A stretch of DNA of 64,000 bases from NCBI GenBank assembly GCA_963788655.1, contig CAWBHS010000060.1, positions 64,001-128,000 on the forward strand, given 5' to 3'. Shown in pieces: positions 63,011 to 64,000 of this stretch. The translations under genes were made by a program, and so were the position numbers. Below the pieces are notes generated by a model, which searched no databases, was not told where the DNA came from, and saw nothing but the letters and a program-made list of their open reading frames with translations. The DNA comes from an uncultured Verrucomicrobiae bacterium. Its GTDB lineage: Bacteria > Verrucomicrobiota > Verrucomicrobiia > Limisphaerales > JAFGQR01. How positions within the stretch are numbered: the first letter of the stretch is position 1; every line of letters begins with the position of its first letter.

Positions 63011-64000
63011 ATGAAACGCTCGCTATCGCTTTGTTTGGTGGGACTGTTTTCGTTGGCGCCCTTGTTTGCGGCCGACTTGGAAACACTCCCCGCCGATCCT
63101 TACTTCGCACCGTTCAAACCCCTTAAAGTACCCACTGCGTCGGGATTGCTCCTCAAGACCGGTGATCGGTTGGCCATCTGCGGCGACTCGATCACGGAGC
63201 AAAAAATGTATTCCCGGATCATGGAGACTTACCTGACCGTTTGCGTGCCCGAGTTGAAGGTGACGGTCCGGCAGTTCGGTTGGAGCGGGGAACGAGCCCC
63301 GGGATTTCTTCATCGTATGACCAACGACGTGCTGCGATTCCATCCCACCATCGCGACCACCTGCTATGGGATGAACGATCATCGCTATCAGCCTTACACC
63401 GAAGCCATCGGCCGCGAATACCGCGAGAGTTCCGACGCCATAATCCGCGCGTTCAAGGCGCACGGGGTTCGGGTAATTCAAGGCGCCGCCGGCACGGTGG
63501 GCAAAATGCCGTCCTGGGTTCGGTCCGCCAACGGCACGGTCCTGGACCTCAATCTGGGCTTGCTGGAACTGCGGAACATTGACGTCGAACTGGCCCAACA
63601 GGAGCGCGTGACGTTTGCGGATGTGTTCCTCCCAATGCTCATCGAAGGTTTCAATGCCCAGCAAAAATGGGGAAAGGATTACATGATCTCCGGCAAGGAC
63701 GGTGTGCATCCCGGATGGGCGGGCCATTTGGTCATGGCGTATTGTTACCTTAAAGCAATGGGCTTGGACGGCGACCTCGGCACGATCACGGTGGACCTGG
63801 CCAATAGCCACGCCACGGCGACGGCGGGTCACCAAGTGCTTTCCGCGAAACCTGGGGAAATCAAGTTGGAAAGCGCGCGTTACCCGTTTTGCGCCGCAGG
63901 CCCGAGCGACCGGGATAACAGCCTTCGTTCGGGCATGGCGCTGGTGCCGTTCAACGCGGATCTGAACCGCTTCATGTTGATCGTCAAGAATACCTCAGCG
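63011..64000 (+). CDS. SGNH/GDSL hydrolase (3' end runs off the window)
   Basis: Read by hand from ATG 63011: signal peptide, LAICGDSITEQ (block I), FGWSGE, CYGMND (block III) and DGVHPGWAGH (block V). Confidence 0.9.
   Translation, partial: MKRSLSLCLVGLFSLAPLFAADLETLPADPYFAPFKPLKVPTASGLLLKTGDRLAICGDSITEQKMYSRIMETYLTVCVPELKVTVRQFGWSGERAPGFLHRMTNDVLRFHPTIATTCYGMNDHRYQPYTEAIGREYRESSDAIIRAFKAHGVRVIQGAAGTVGKMPSWVRSANGTVLDLNLGLLELRNIDVELAQQERVTFADVFLPMLIEGFNAQQKWGKDYMISGKDGVHPGWAGHLVMAYCYLKAMGLDGDLGTITVDLANSHATATAGHQVLSAKPGEIKLESARYPFCAAGPSDRDNSLRSGMALVPFNADLNRFMLIVKNTSA

Overview
This is a GC-rich (roughly 60%) chromosomal segment. Gene content and repeat families suggest a Verrucomicrobiota genome, probably Pedosphaerales-like (inference). 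From left to right it holds: (1) a minus-strand type II secretion/pseudopilus operon (secreted helical protein-gspE-F-G-H-I-J-K-pilM/gspL-like, running off the left edge), headed by a sigma-54 promoter and two enhancer-like palindromes; (2) a lipid N-methyltransferase, a ferredoxin and an htrA + OmpR-family two-component module; (3) the housekeeping block lepA-lepB-cvpA-dnaG-tgt; (4) a co-oriented minus-strand block with a Ser/Thr kinase-WD40 protein, two giant lamin-tail/CotH proteins, a transglutaminase-like protein and a membrane-fused spermidine-synthase-like protein; (5) an unknown secreted CARDB protein and a Tat-exported Gfo/Idh/MocA oxidoreductase; (6) a small accessory patch with an IS630 remnant and a UPF0175-DUF5678 fusion + retropepsin-like protease pair; (7) a pectin-type carbohydrate cluster (esterases, GH106, GH127, beta-helix protein, sugar transporter). 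Several REP-like palindrome families and one MITE are interspersed, and one REP pair is translated in-frame inside a pseudopilin leader. Many genes have single-base frameshifts (about 15 in lepA) that look like consensus errors. No rRNA, tRNA or CRISPR array was seen. Family names come from motif recognition by eye, not from database searches.
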